Shown here: positions 1-13,870 of the stretch, piece after piece
How positions within the stretch are numbered: position 1 is the stretch's first letter
Layout of the letters: each line of letters starts with the position of its first letter
Assembly: GCF_009914755.1 (NCBI RefSeq)
Contig: NC_060928.1
Strand: one strand, 5' to 3'
DNA from: the human T2T-CHM13v2.0 reference genome, Homo sapiens
DNA length: 64,000 nucleotides
Made by a program: the position numbers and the translations under genes
Notes under the pieces: generated by a model
Seen by the model: only the letters and a program-made list of their open reading frames with translations
Database searches by the model: none
Told to the model about the DNA's origin: nothing

Positions 1-1
1 A

Positions 2-193
<192 letters not shown>

Positions 194-2034
194 TAAGACT
201 GATTTACATAAATAGTTAGCTGTTGACAGGCAGTTCATGGGGTCATAAGGGTTTGCAATCAAGGCTGATTCTTTAAAAAATGAACTGAGGTACTCTGAGG
301 TATGAAATCAAAATTATTAAATCATTTAAATGTGATTAACAGTTTAGAAAGTTAAATTGTGTTTTTAAAGATTCAAACCTAGATTTTTGCTGATTTTTTA
401 AAAATGTATTTTCAGTTTTCTTCTACACTTTAGTTCCATGCAACTGAATGCATTCTATATCTGTTTCTCTTACGGTTCTGTCCTGCATGTATTTCCATTT
501 ATACTATTGAGCTTGGTACTACATGCATGTTTCCAGTGAGATACTGTTTATAGGGAAAATGCTAAAGCCTCTCAAGTTGCCACAGTAAAGTCCCTTTAAA
601 ACCTTTAGCAGAATGACAAAGAGCTCTGAACATATCTCCACATGTAGGCTTCTTGCCATCGACCTCTGGATTATTCCTGTATACCTTGCCTCTTGCCCTT
701 TTTATTTCATCATGCTATTAAAAGACATAACTACTCCAGCACATTTTTTAAAAATTCTGGACATTATTCTCATCTCTTTCATCATTGATGCCATTCTGAA
801 TTTGAATCATGTATAAAGAGCTTTGAGTTTGACTTACAACCAGAAAAGAATTCTTCTCATATCTTGCCTATTCTTTCTTTGGAAATGCTCTTAAGGGCCA
901 CCATTTGAGAAGACTTCCTAGATGTACCCAGTCCAACAGAAGTCATGGTTATTTTGCCCAGTCCCCTATACTGTATATTGCTGCAGTTGTGTGGTAGATT
1001 TCTCCTATCCTTTTCATGCACTTTATATCCACTGCATCTTGCAATGGCAAGACATTGCCTCCTGAACTCTTAACACCAGGTCCTCAAGGAGACCTCAGTA
1101 AATATTATTGATGGGCAATTACCCCTTAAAGCCATTTTCTGTACCTCTGGCTAAAGTTTAAAACCCCAGGTGAAACTTTTTATTTTTTTTTAATCCTATA
1201 AACTTGAGTAGTTTAAAGTGGTAGTAGAAACTGTACAAAACCACTTTTTGTTAGTTTCTCCTGGGCATGTGCTCATTATATGAAGAAATGAGCCATTTTG
1301 CTTCTTTCCGAAACCTTGGCCCTATATATATCCTTTAACTTTCTGATATAATGGCCTAAATTGTTCAATCCTGTGTGATGTTCTTTGTGCTTTGGGATCC
1401 CATATGGGATTGGAACCACCAGCACACTCTGAAGGAGATTGTTGTCATGGTGTTTCTATGCTAATCAGAAGCAGGAAGTACTAGAAATCTTGAAGAGTCT
1501 CCAGCCAAATGTTGCAGATTGAAGAGGTCCAGATGGTTCAGAAAATCATCCAAATTATTGGTGTTTATCTGAACCAACTTGATTTTTTTTTAAACCTTCC
1601 TCCATCAGTCACTATATGTTAACGATCTCTGCCTCCTGCATAACACGTCTTGGAAGCTCTTCTTTGTCTTTCTTTCATCTTGTCTCCTGGGGCTCATTTA
1701 GAGAGTTTGAGGTAATACGGGATACCATATTTGGCTCTCTGTCTCCCATTAAATTCATTGTGTCAAGAGACGGGAAATTTCTAACCTGAGTCCTCTATAT
1801 GATTATACACAAAAAGGACACCTAGTTTCTGGGCATGGACCCCAATATCGATTATTAAAAACTCATTTCTTACAGAACAGGATTTTCAAACTCTTTATTC
1901 AAACTTTACATGACTTTCCTCAAATTGGTCCAGTCTATTATGTAGCAAAGGGGATGAGGAGGTAGAGCATGACCCATGAGTGCCCTTCTACATGTCCCAC
2001 TTGATTCAGTCATGACTTGTTTCATCTCTCCCAG

Positions 2035-2126
2035 CAGCGATAGTACTAATGAGTACATGGACATGAAACCTGGAGTTTCTTATGTTGTCCCAACCAAGGC
2101 CGACAAAAGGAGATCTGTGAGAATAG
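2035..2126 (+). CDS. KIT: KIT exon 15 (kinase insert, Y721 YMDM PI3K site); NAGNAG acceptor
   Basis: cccag|CAG|CGATAGT...AGAATAG|gtgagt, 92 bp. Encodes [30 protein letters not shown]. Confidence 0.99.
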
Positions 2127-2577
2127 GTGAGTACCTACCTATCAAGCAACCAAGAGTAACTTTACAGAGAGTATGTATATCATGCTAATGTGGAATATAA
2201 CATCATTCCCAGTAGCAATGATGCAGACCAGTTCTGCTTTATGGTAGCAGTGCCAATGGTCAATGGCAGTTAGGGTTGCAAGTGGGTGTTTGGGGTCAGA
2301 GCATATGTTTTTGTGCCTGAGTATCTTTCTATAGATATGGGATCTTTGCTTTAATTCGCCATCCCTCTCCTCTATGGATTTTGTAACCCAGCCTAGGATT
2401 GTTAAATATTAACTTTGTGATTCAGCATCTACCTTTCCTGGACACCAGGGAAGTGATCTGCCTGCAAGTTCACATTAGTTCATTCATTACCAGCCTTTGG
2501 TATGTCATTGCCACTGTCTTTTCCTTTCCTGACCTTTATGGTTGTAATTGCTAAGAAAAATCCTCTCTTCCTCACAG

Positions 2578-2705
2578 GCTCATACATAGAAAGAGATGTG
2601 ACTCCCGCCATCATGGAGGATGACGAGTTGGCCCTAGACTTAGAAGACTTGCTGAGCTTTTCTTACCAGGTGGCAAAGGGCATGGCTTTCCTCGCCTCCA
2701 AGAAT
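2578..2705 (+). CDS. KIT: KIT exon 16
   Basis: cacag|GCTCATAC...AAGAAT|gtaagt, 128 bp. Encodes [42 protein letters not shown]. Confidence 0.99.
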
Positions 2706-2752
2706 GTAAGTGGGAGTGATTCTCTAAAGAGTTTTGTGTTTTGTTTTTTTGA

Positions 2753-2776
2753 TTTTTTTTTTTTTTTTTTTTTTTT
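2753..2776 (+). repeat. BAT-25 mononucleotide microsatellite, T24 in this sequence
   Basis: 24 consecutive T in KIT intron 16. The recalled BAT-25 primer sites are present: TCGCCTCCAAGAATGTAAGT (2692-2711) and GAGCCATAGTTAAAATGCAGA (2794-2814). Confidence 0.95.
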
Positions 2777-3775
2777 GAGAACAGAGCATTTTAGAGCCAT
2801 AGTTAAAATGCAGAATGTCATTTTGAAGTGTGGTAACCAAAAGCAGAGGAAATTTAGTTTCTTCATGTTCCAACTGCTGTCTCTTTGGAATTCCTGTTCT
2901 AATTTATAAGCTGTAAAGTACAAGCCTGTCTAAATGAGTTTTTCTATGAATATTCTTTTATATGCAGTGAAATTCTTTTAAAACTTTTGGCTTTTAGGAT
3001 ATAGGATATGTTCCTAGAGAACAGAATCATTTTATCAGTAAAAGCAGAGGGCACCTCATAGTTACAAGGCTTGGGGTGAAGCATAGACTTGAGTTTTATT
3101 GAAGTTAGATCCAAATATTATATGTGTGGCTTATGAAGTGTCAGGAAATAAGGGGTCAGAGGGAGTAATAAACACTTGGGAGAAGGTTAGGAATGGAAAG
3201 AATGATGGAACCAAAACAAGGAGCATGGTCTGTGGAAGGGTGAAAGGAGTTCCTTAGGAAGTAAGATTAACCGAACAGAATGAGTTACCAGTCCTACCCT
3301 TAAATGTCATGGGTGACATTTCCCAACAATTACCAAACTAAGAAAGGATATAAGATGGCTGAAATAAAGACCTTCTTCCGTGTGTCCTTGGGAGATGTCA
3401 GATTGAATTTGCAAAGGCATATTAGGAACTCTGTGAAAGGACTTTCAAAGAGATGCATGCAAAATGAATTTTCAGTTTAAACAATATGATATGACTATTT
3501 CTTATGTATTTCCCTATGAATGAAAGCAGTCCTGAGAAGAAAACAGCATTTATTAGAATTGCTTTTAAAAGAGATTATAATAATTAGACTCTTGATTATG
3601 TGAACATCATTCAAGGCGTACTTTTGATTTTTATTTTTGGTGTACTGAATACTTTAAAACAAAAGTATTGGATTTTTTATAATATAAGCAACACTATAAT
3701 ATTAAAAAGTTAGTTTTCACTCTTTACAAGTTAAAATGAATTTAAATGGTTTTCTTTTCTCCTCCAACCTAATAG

Positions 3776-3940
<165 letters not shown>

Positions 3941-5667
3941 TAGTTTCAACTTTCGATAAAAATTGTTTCCTGTGATTTTCATAATGTAAATCCTGTCTAG
4001 GGATATCACACATTTTAGCAGTCAAATTAAGTATACTTCAGCAAAATTTGCATGGTATGCTGAACATTACTACAACTAACATTCAATAATAGAAGTCCTA
4101 ATTCTAATTGTGTAATTTTGGGGCATGTGAAGGAAACAGAAATAGCCTTAATTTTCATTATAGCCTGAGAATAGCAATGAACTTGATTTTGCTCAAGTGT
4201 AACAAATGTAGGTCATTGAAGGTCACAGCAGGAGAAATTTTGGGGGGATTGGCATGCCGTGTGAAAAATATTAAAATCTAAGATCATATTCAGAGTTAGC
4301 CATATAGAATGTTGGATCCTAGAATACACGGAGAGCTATTAAATAGGTTCATAAGTAATAATGGGTTTGTAGAACATAGCAAATGTTTTTCAAAGTGCTG
4401 TATTTCCTTGCCAATTTTTATTGAATCCTCAGAACAAACCCTTGTCCTATAATTGCAGCACCTTCCTATTTTAAAAGTTGGAGAAACTAAGGCATGGCAT
4501 ATTTTAGTGCTTTTTATCTGAGGTGACACAGGACAATAGAGGCTGAAACTAGAGCCTGTGATTTCCAGAGTGGCATCCCATCGCCATGGAAAACCATATT
4601 GCCCTTTATAATATTCTCTGCCTGTCTTCCTGGGCCCATTTCTGCAGTCCAGATTTATTCCTGGAGGTGGATTTTTGTGCCCCTTATGATAATGTAATGT
4701 TTTCCCCCCATCACTGTGGCGTCTCTATTGGTAGCCTGTACTCGATTTGGTTTTGTAAGAGTGTTTCTGTGTTTATCTCCTGGCCAAAGCATGAATTTCT
4801 GAAAAGGCTGCCCTGAAGCTAGATATTATCATCAGGAGTGATAATAAAAACAACTTCTCTTCATCCTGGTGCAATTTTGGAAGGAAGAATGATAAGTCGT
4901 TAATTATCCAGTCCTCTAAATATTGACCAAAGGGAGGAGGAAGAAGGTGGCCGCCTCCAGGCCCAGTCTTGATGAATTCTGCAATCTGTCTCCATTATTT
5001 CATGCCTGTGTAATTTTGTCAAGAGTTGTCCAATACCTCTGAATCTTTGTTTTTCTCCCCTTGGGAATAATAGTGATTCCTGACTCAGAAAGTTATGAGT
5101 TAATATATGTAAAGTGCTTATGACAGTGCCAGACATATTGTTACTATTCTTTATAGATGTCTTATTTACGATCTAAATAATCGTGACGGTGGTTACATAC
5201 TGTCTTGTTATTGGTTAGTGACTTTAGTTTGAATTGACAAAGAGGGGTTGGCTCTATCAGGCTTCCAGATTGTAGACTCCAGTTCAAGTCAGTTGAACTA
5301 ACCAATCACAGATCTCGCTTTCACCAGGCTAGTGGGTAAGGAGAATTTCTGGAACAAGATAAGAAGAAGGAAACTCATATATGTTACCGCCCCACATTTT
5401 TGTCATCATCATTTGAGATCTCCTTGTTGTGTCAGGTTCTCTGAAGTTCTTTCCTTTCACATGAGTTCTTCATTGTTTTTCATGTCATGGCCCCTTTTAG
5501 AGCCTGGTAAAGCCTATGGGACCCTTATCAGAACACTGTTTTCAACGCCTATGATGAAATACATAGGAATACCAAGGAAAACAGTTAAATCGAAATAGCT
5601 ATGAAGATACTAAGTAAATTTGTGATATGTCAGTACATGTGTTTACTATAGAGTGTAACAGGCTCTG

Positions 5668-5728
5668 TTAGGTTGGTGTAAAAGTAATTGTGGGTTTTGC
5701 TATTTTTTCTAAAAACCACTGTAATTTT
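5668..5728. mobile_element. MADE1 (Hsmar1-derived MITE), second arm degenerate
   Basis: TTAGGTTGGTGTAAAAGTAATTGTGGGTTTTGCTATT matches the recalled MADE1 TIR; a partial return arm AAAAACCACTGTAATTTT follows. Confidence 0.8.
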
Positions 5729-6444
5729 AGAGTGGTGATTAATGTAAATATGATTTTGAGATACCTATAAAGACTTAATAGGATATGAAGATATTTATGA
5801 TTACTGTTCATGACAAAGTCACAGGTACAGCTGATACTACTGCGTTTTATCACCTTTGTTAGTAATGTAAAGAAATGCTAAATTTCATCTAGAAATTAGC
5901 GAAAATAAGGATGTCATTTTTCCTTTCCAAGTTCACAGGCCCCTGAATTTGACACCCATAGATCTCAGGTTAGGAGCCCTTATAGGAACTTTAGCACAAC
6001 ATCTAGGAAGGGAAGGGATATTGGAAGTTTTTTGTTTTGTTTTTGTAAGCTGACTAAAATAACTTTAACACCAAAAAAAAAAAAAAAAACTTTCCCAGTT
6101 TTCAATCCTAAATGGATTAAGAGAAGGATTGATTTAGCTTTTTATGGCAGATTAAGATTGGGAATCCAGAATGCATCTAAAAGGACTAGTTACAGAAAGT
6201 TTAGCTCAACTTTAATGGAGAGAGTTCTCCAAAGAGTCAGGATCACAAGCCACTACTGTTTATCAAGTACTTGCCTTTCTTCTAGGCAATTTTTCAGATA
6301 GCACTGAGTCAGGCGGTGCTAAGCATTTTTACCCATTTTATCTTATTTAACCCACAAGACAATTCATAAAATTAAAAGTATTCATTTTGTTTTACAGAAG
6401 AAGATACTGAGGCTTAATTACAAATATTTTAGTGACTTTCCCAG

Positions 6445-6885
6445 TGTATTAGAGAAAGTTTTGGGTTTTGACAGAAAACCCAAAATAAAAGAAGTCTAGG
6501 AGTAGACTTTATACCAGGATTGGTATAAAGGTTCCATGGAGTACCCGGGCAAGTCTTTCCTTTCCATGCTTAGCCATTCCTGAGTGTAACCCCCATGTCC
6601 ATGGTCCAAGATGACCACCAGGTGGATAGCCAGCCATCATATCCAGAAGGCAGGGGGCCCTTGCACTAGAGAAGAGAGGGCAGAGGGCACGTGCCAGCTA
6701 TATTGTAAGGAGATTTTCCTGAAGCTGCTATACAGCACTTACAACTTAGTGGCCAAAACCGAGTCACCTAACTACAGCTAGCTAGCTGCAAAGGAGGCTG
6801 GGAAATGTAGTCCTAATTGTGAGAGGCCGTGTTTCTGTTTTTAAGGAAGGAGAGGGACATATTCAGTGGAAACTAACAAATCTCT
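6445..6885 (-). mobile_element. Old MaLR LTR (MLT1J/K-like) interrupting a MIR in intron 17
   Basis: Contains the motif gctagctgcaaaggaggctgggaaatgtagtc; MIR-like pieces lie on both sides. Boundaries are approximate. Confidence 0.55.
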
Positions 6886-7157
6886 GCATTACCTAAGGCC
6901 CATGGTGGAGCCAGGGCTAAAATGTCTGGCTGTCTCTGACGTTTGTGCTCTTAATCTCCATGCCGTACTGACATAGTGCTTACATCTTAAAATGGGGATA
7001 ATGCACTTGTGAGCCATGTATTTCAGAGGTGATTGGGATCATCTGAGTTCATATAGGTAAAAGGTTTTTGTGAGATGGTACTCAAGTTATCACTCCACAT
7101 TTCAGCAACAGCAGCATCTATAAGAATATCTTCTGTTCAATTTTGTTGAGCTTCTGA

Positions 7158-7355
<198 letters not shown>

Positions 7356-7391
7356 TGAAGTTTCATTGGTGTCCTGCTTCCTTGTGATTAA

Positions 7392-7517
<126 letters not shown>

Positions 7518-7715
7518 TAAGAGCCAAAAAATTTTTCCTTTAGGTCACGTTTTCCCTTTTATTTTTCTTTTTAGAGACAGAAACCCAGATGTTGAGGGTT
7601 TTCATAACACAGTTTGAAATGTCACTTGGATTCTTTATGACACACTGGTCAAATGTCATTTCTGTAGTTTATTTTCATAATCTCTTGTCACCAAAAATAC
7701 AGAAAGTTTCAGTAA

Positions 7716-8111
<396 letters not shown>

Positions 8112-9103
8112 TAGGGGAAGTAAAGCAATGGAAACTAGTTCTTTCTGCCCAGCCCTCCTGTTCTGAGCCAAAGAAGGATGTGAGATTGAGGGGGAAGGGT
8201 GGAGAGTTTTGTACTCACTGGAAGTAGAAGTTTCCATAAGGATTTGCCATGTTTCCTCCCTCATCTCAAATGCTGGTCACGGGGTCAGTATTTTCTCCCT
8301 CTCACATGTCAGGGCCATGCATCCTTTGGAGGGTTGGGGTGATGTGAACTAGAATAAAAGCATAGAAAAGACAGCTTGTTACTGCAGTGAAATAAGCCTT
8401 CTGATCAAACAAGCATAGCCAGAAAATGGCAGATAGCTGTCATGCCCACAAGCCATATAGAATGAAGAGCTGTTTGAAGTTGGGAGATCCCTCCCAGTGA
8501 TTTGGGAAGTGTGGGGGAATGAAAACTCAAATCCATTATTTCCTCTCTTTTTAAGCAAGAATTAGTGATACTTTGACTCAGATTTTTTTAAGCTGCTTTC
8601 TTTCCTGGGCTGTGTGCTTGGAGCTATCTTTTCTTTCCTAATAGCACACCACTGATAATTTTTGGGTTAAAGCTTGTTCTTCTGGGTGTCAAAACATGTT
8701 TCAAATTGAACAGCATTTTCCACCCAGTTGCTTTGATTCTTGACAAGAGACCCCTGGAAGGGCCGTGGGTTTCCCAGCAAATTACATTGGTTATTGGGTT
8801 GTAGTTGCTGGAGAGATTTACAAGCCTTTTAAATAGGTAAGATAGTGCTTGGTGCCTGGTGTGCCCTTTTAGAAGAGCTAAGCTTGTGCATGTTTTGTCC
8901 CCACTTCTTGTATAAAGTTATTTCCTTGGAAAAATGAAGGGGGAAAACAAAGCTTATATTTGTTTTGTCAGTATGACTTGGGTTTTGGCCACAAAGTTCT
9001 TGGAAACCACTTCTCTCTTAAGAGTTTCCATCAGTTAGTTGTGATCTTGACACTGTAAGTATGCCTTTTGTTGCTATGTTCGTTGTAGGGACTGCTGTAT
9101 TGA

Positions 9104-9253
<150 letters not shown>

Positions 9254-10257
9254 GCAGAATCAGTGTTTGGGTCACCCCTCCAGGAATGATCTCTTCTTTT
9301 GGCTTCCATGATGGTTATTTTCTTTTCTTTCAACTTGCATCCAACTCCAGGATAGTGGGCACCCCACTGCAATCCTGTCTTTCTGAGCACACTTTAGTGG
9401 CTGATGATTTTTGTCATCAGCCACCATCCTATTGCAAAGGTTCCAACTGTATATATTCCCAATAGCAACGTAGCTTCTACCATGAACAGAAAACATTCTG
9501 ATTTGGAAAAAGAGAGGGAGGTATGGACTGGGGGCCAGAGTCCTTTCCAAGGCTTCTCCAATTCTGCCCAAAAATATGGTTGATAGTTTACCTGAATAAA
9601 TGGTAGTAATCACAGTTGGCCTTCAGAACCATCCATAGTAGTATGATGATACAAGATTAGAAGCTGAAAACCTAAGTCCTTTATGTGGAAAACAGAACAT
9701 CATTAGAACAAAGGACAGAGTATGAACACCTGGGCTTAAGAAATCTAGTATTTCATGCTGGGAATGAGACATAGGCCATGAAAAAAATGATCCCCAAGTG
9801 TGAACAAAAGATGCTCTTCTGTGGACCACTGCATGAGCTTTTATACTACCGACCTGGTTTTTAAATAGAGTTTGCTATTAGAGCATTGAATTGGAGAGAA
9901 GGCCTCCCTAGCCAGCACTTGTATATACGCATCTATAAATTGTCCGTGTTCATACATTTGAGGGGAAAACACCATAAGGTTTCGTTTCTGTATACAACCC
10001 TGGCATTATGTCCACTGTGTATAGAAGTAGATTAAGAGCCATATAAGTTTGAAGGAAACAGTTAATACCATTTTTTAAGGAAACAATATAACCACAAAGC
10101 ACAGTTTGAACAAAATCTCCTCTTTTAGCTGATGAACTTATTCTGTAGATTCTGTGGAACAAGCCTATCAGCTTCAGAATGGCATTGTACTCAATGGATT
10201 TGATGCTGTTTGACAAAGTTACTGATTCACTGCATGGCTCCCACAGGAGTGGGAAAA

Positions 10258-10348
10258 CACTGCCATCTTAGTTTGGATTCTTATGTAGCAGGAAATAAAG
10301 TATAGGTTTAGCCTCCTTCGCAGGCATGTCCTGGACACCGGGCCAGTA
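10258..10348 (+). promoter_or_regulatory. Cluster of miRNA 8mer seed sites: miR-34/449, miR-221/222, miR-193-3p
   Basis: CACTGCCA 10258-10265, ATGTAGCA 10283-10290, GGCCAGTA 10341-10348. These families are recalled as reported KIT regulators. Confidence 0.8.
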
Positions 10349-11211
10349 TCTATATATGTGTATGTACGTTTGTATGTGTGTAGACAAATATTTGGAGGGG
10401 TATTTTTGCCCTGAGTCCAAGAGGGTCCTTTAGTACCTGAAAAGTAACTTGGCTTTCATTATTAGTACTGCTCTTGTTTCTTTTCACATAGCTGTCTAGA
10501 GTAGCTTACCAGAAGCTTCCATAGTGGTGCAGAGGAAGTGGAAGGCATCAGTCCCTATGTATTTGCAGTTCACCTGCACTTAAGGCACTCTGTTATTTAG
10601 ACTCATCTTACTGTACCTGTTCCTTAGACCTTCCATAATGCTACTGTCTCACTGAAACATTTAAATTTTACCCTTTAGACTGTAGCCTGGATATTATTCT
10701 TGTAGTTTACCTCTTTAAAAACAAAACAAAACAAAACAAAAAACTCCCCTTCCTCACTGCCCAATATAAAAGGCAAATGTGTACATGGCAGAGTTTGTGT
10801 GTTGTCTTGAAAGATTCAGGTATGTTGCCTTTATGGTTTCCCCCTTCTACATTTCTTAGACTACATTTAGAGAACTGTGGCCGTTATCTGGAAGTAACCA
10901 TTTGCACTGGAGTTCTATGCTCTCGCACCTTTCCAAAGTTAACAGATTTTGGGGTTGTGTTGTCACCCAAGAGATTGTTGTTTGCCATACTTTGTCTGAA
11001 AAATTCCTTTGTGTTTCTATTGACTTCAATGATAGTAAGAAAAGTGGTTGTTAGTTATAGATGTCTAGGTACTTCAGGGGCACTTCATTGAGAGTTTTGT
11101 CTTGGATATTCTTGAAAGTTTATATTTTTATAATTTTTTCTTACATCAGATGTTTCTTTGCAGTGGCTTAATGTTTGAAATTATTTTGTGGCTTTTTTTG
11201 TAAATATTGAA

Positions 11212-11223
11212 ATGTAGCAATAA
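11212..11223 (+). promoter_or_regulatory. Overlapping miR-221/222 and miR-137 8mer sites
   Basis: ATGTAGCA 11212-11219 and AGCAATAA 11216-11223. Confidence 0.75.
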
Positions 11224-11386
11224 TGTCTTTTGAATATTCCCAAGCCCATGAGTCCTTGAAAATATTTTTTATATATACAGTAACTTTATGTGTAAATACA
11301 TAAGCGGCGTAAGTTTAAAGGATGTTGGTGTTCCACGTGTTTTATTCCTGTATGTTGTCCAATTGTTGACAGTTCTGAAGAATTCT

Positions 11387-11392
11387 AATAAA
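11387..11392 (+). terminator. KIT: KIT distal polyadenylation signal
   Basis: AATAAA with upstream TGTA motifs and a GT/T-rich downstream element (tttgattgttg, ~11421). Confidence 0.92.
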
Positions 11393-13870
11393 ATGTACAT
11401 ATATAAATCAAGTGGAGTCATTTGATTGTTGAGATTCGTTGAGATTAAACTTTAAAGCATTAAAGTGCAATCATCCTGACAAAGTTTTGTACGCAGTTTT
11501 CATAAAATATGTGCAGGGCTATCAGATCACGCTAGGATTTACATGCTTCGAGATTCAACAGATATTAAGAATTTTCATACGTGTGATATTTTCTCATTTT
11601 AGTCTTACAACCTGAGGTCTCTATTTAAATTGAAAAATAGATACAGAGAAGGTGCTTAGTATGTATGAGCTGGGTGCTGTCATGTGGGTGAAACATTATG
11701 CATGCCCAATTGGTACCGTCCAGACCACTGGAACCCAAACAGAGGCTGAGAGTTCTTCAGCTTGAAACAAAAGGAAGCACCCTGAATCACATAATCTTAT
11801 TAAGAATGAGGCACCCACACACCCTCAGTCATGACTGTCTTTATTGACGTGACATCTACACCTGCAGAAATGTCTCCTGAAAGGAAAGGGAAGGGGTGAA
11901 AAGTGACCTGTAATGAAAAGGAATCCTTTTAAAATCCAGAGGGAATTGTGTGGCAAGGAATGCGTCAATAATCAGTGAAAAACAGACCCACATTTCAGTC
12001 AGGCAATTCCCATTATTTTATTGCAGACAGGAATGAATGCTAATTGACCACAAAACAAAGAAGTCTTTTCTTTCCAAATGTTTTCACTGTCATTTAGCCT
12101 TTGTCATGTGTGAGAAATTTGCGTTAGAAGCAGTTGACAGTCCCCTGTGTTAAGAGTCTAGCTAATTTTCCTCACCAGCCTAGCTTTTCATTGGAAAGGA
12201 ATACCAGGTCTTGGTGCCCAGGCTCAAACTTGGTTCGAATCTCAGTGCCACCCCTGTGTCTACCACTTAACCACTGTGTGACATTAGGCAGATTAGCTCT
12301 TGAAATCTCAGCTCATGGGAGTAGTGTCTACCTTGATGTATTAATGTGAGGCTGTCAAGACCAGCTCGTTCATATGCCTAATAAGTTTTTCCACGGCCAA
12401 TTCACCTTATTAAGCAGGGAGGGCGGTGTTCCTGTACTGACATAACCCATGTAAAATTATACAGTCAAAAGCTTGATTCTAATTTTCTTTCTCTTAGGTG
12501 CAAACAGTATTGTACAAGTGTGTTGCACAACTTGACATTGCTATAAAGATTTCTGGGTGGTGGTGGTGGTTTTTTTTTTTTTTAATCCCAGTGTTTGACC
12601 AGGAATTCAAAGCTCTCTATTCTTGCTCCAGCCTTCCTTCCTACTTCTCTCCTATTATCAAAGGCCCATGAGTATGCCCCATGCTCTTCTCTGCTTCCAT
12701 TCTCAGACTGCATACTGTCTCTTCTCTCCAGCAAGACCCCATCTTTCAAGACCAGCAAAATCATCTCAATGGGAAGCTGTCGCTGAACTCCCACAACACT
12801 CTTTACTTTTTATGGCTCTTACAATTGATTTTTTTATTATTTTGGCTTTTGTCTTGTCCCCACCCATACTATATCCAGACTTAAAATCGGTTAACATAAA
12901 ATTCCCGTATGTGCCAGGGTTACTGGTGTCAGTGGTATCATTTACTTGTTAAATATTGAATTGTCCGGACGCTCAGGGGTTAAATTGCCCAAGAGGTTGC
13001 AAGAGTTACATTTTGCCCAAGTTCATGGAGCAGTACATGAAACCAGACTTGGAATCCAGATCTGTACCTCAGTGATGGCAAACACCTGGTCTTCCCATGC
13101 TGGTGTCTCCCACCACCCTGGCCATGCAGACATCACTCATCTGCCACCACACCCTCCAACTGAGCCCAGGTGCCTTAGAAGTCACAGTCTTTTCCAACAA
13201 GCTGATAGGAGTCAACTGGTGTTAGCCTGCAGAGAGACTTACCTGTCCCCCTTAAATGATGACCAAGTTTCCATCTTCCTGAGGGACAGATGTTCTTCAT
13301 CTCAGACACCCCAAAGCTGCTAGCAGAGTACTTCAAGAGTGGTTCTTTTTGAACAAATAATTAAACATCCCATCAGTGTTTGGAGTGAGAGAGAGCCATT
13401 AGGGAGGAAATGGGCCCAAGAAAGAGAGGAAATAGAAGAAGACAGAAGCTAGTGAAGTTAGCTTAATTTCACATGAGGGGGTGGCGCTTTGGGGAGAAGA
13501 GAAAGGGGAACTAGAAACATTCCTTCGGACAGCCTTACTGAGGCCTATACAGAGGCTTTGTGGGAACAAGGAGAAGAGAAGGAAAGGAGGGCGTTGGTAG
13601 TTGGGGAAGGGTGAAGAGGAAGGGAAAGTGGCAGGAGTGCTCTGCCTTATTCAGAAGTAGGGAGAGGAGCTGCAGCTGACAAGCAGTTTCAGGGCTTAAG
13701 GTGCAGAAGCTGAAGACAGGAAGACCGCACCACCCCACACTTGGTCTTGGAGAAGGTCAGCAGCACCAGCGTCTGCATGAGAAAATGCCCCATGGGAGAG
13801 GTCTCGGGATGAGCAAGGCTTCAGGAAGCACCACCTGGGCAGCCTTTGAGTGAACCTTTATGAAGAAAAG

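Larger units (their letters stand above)
9254..11410 (+). other. KIT: KIT 3' UTR (~2.15 kb)
   Basis: Runs from the stop codon to about 18 nt past the distal AATAAA, with no recognisable interspersed repeat; the end matches the recalled KIT mRNA end. Confidence 0.92.
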
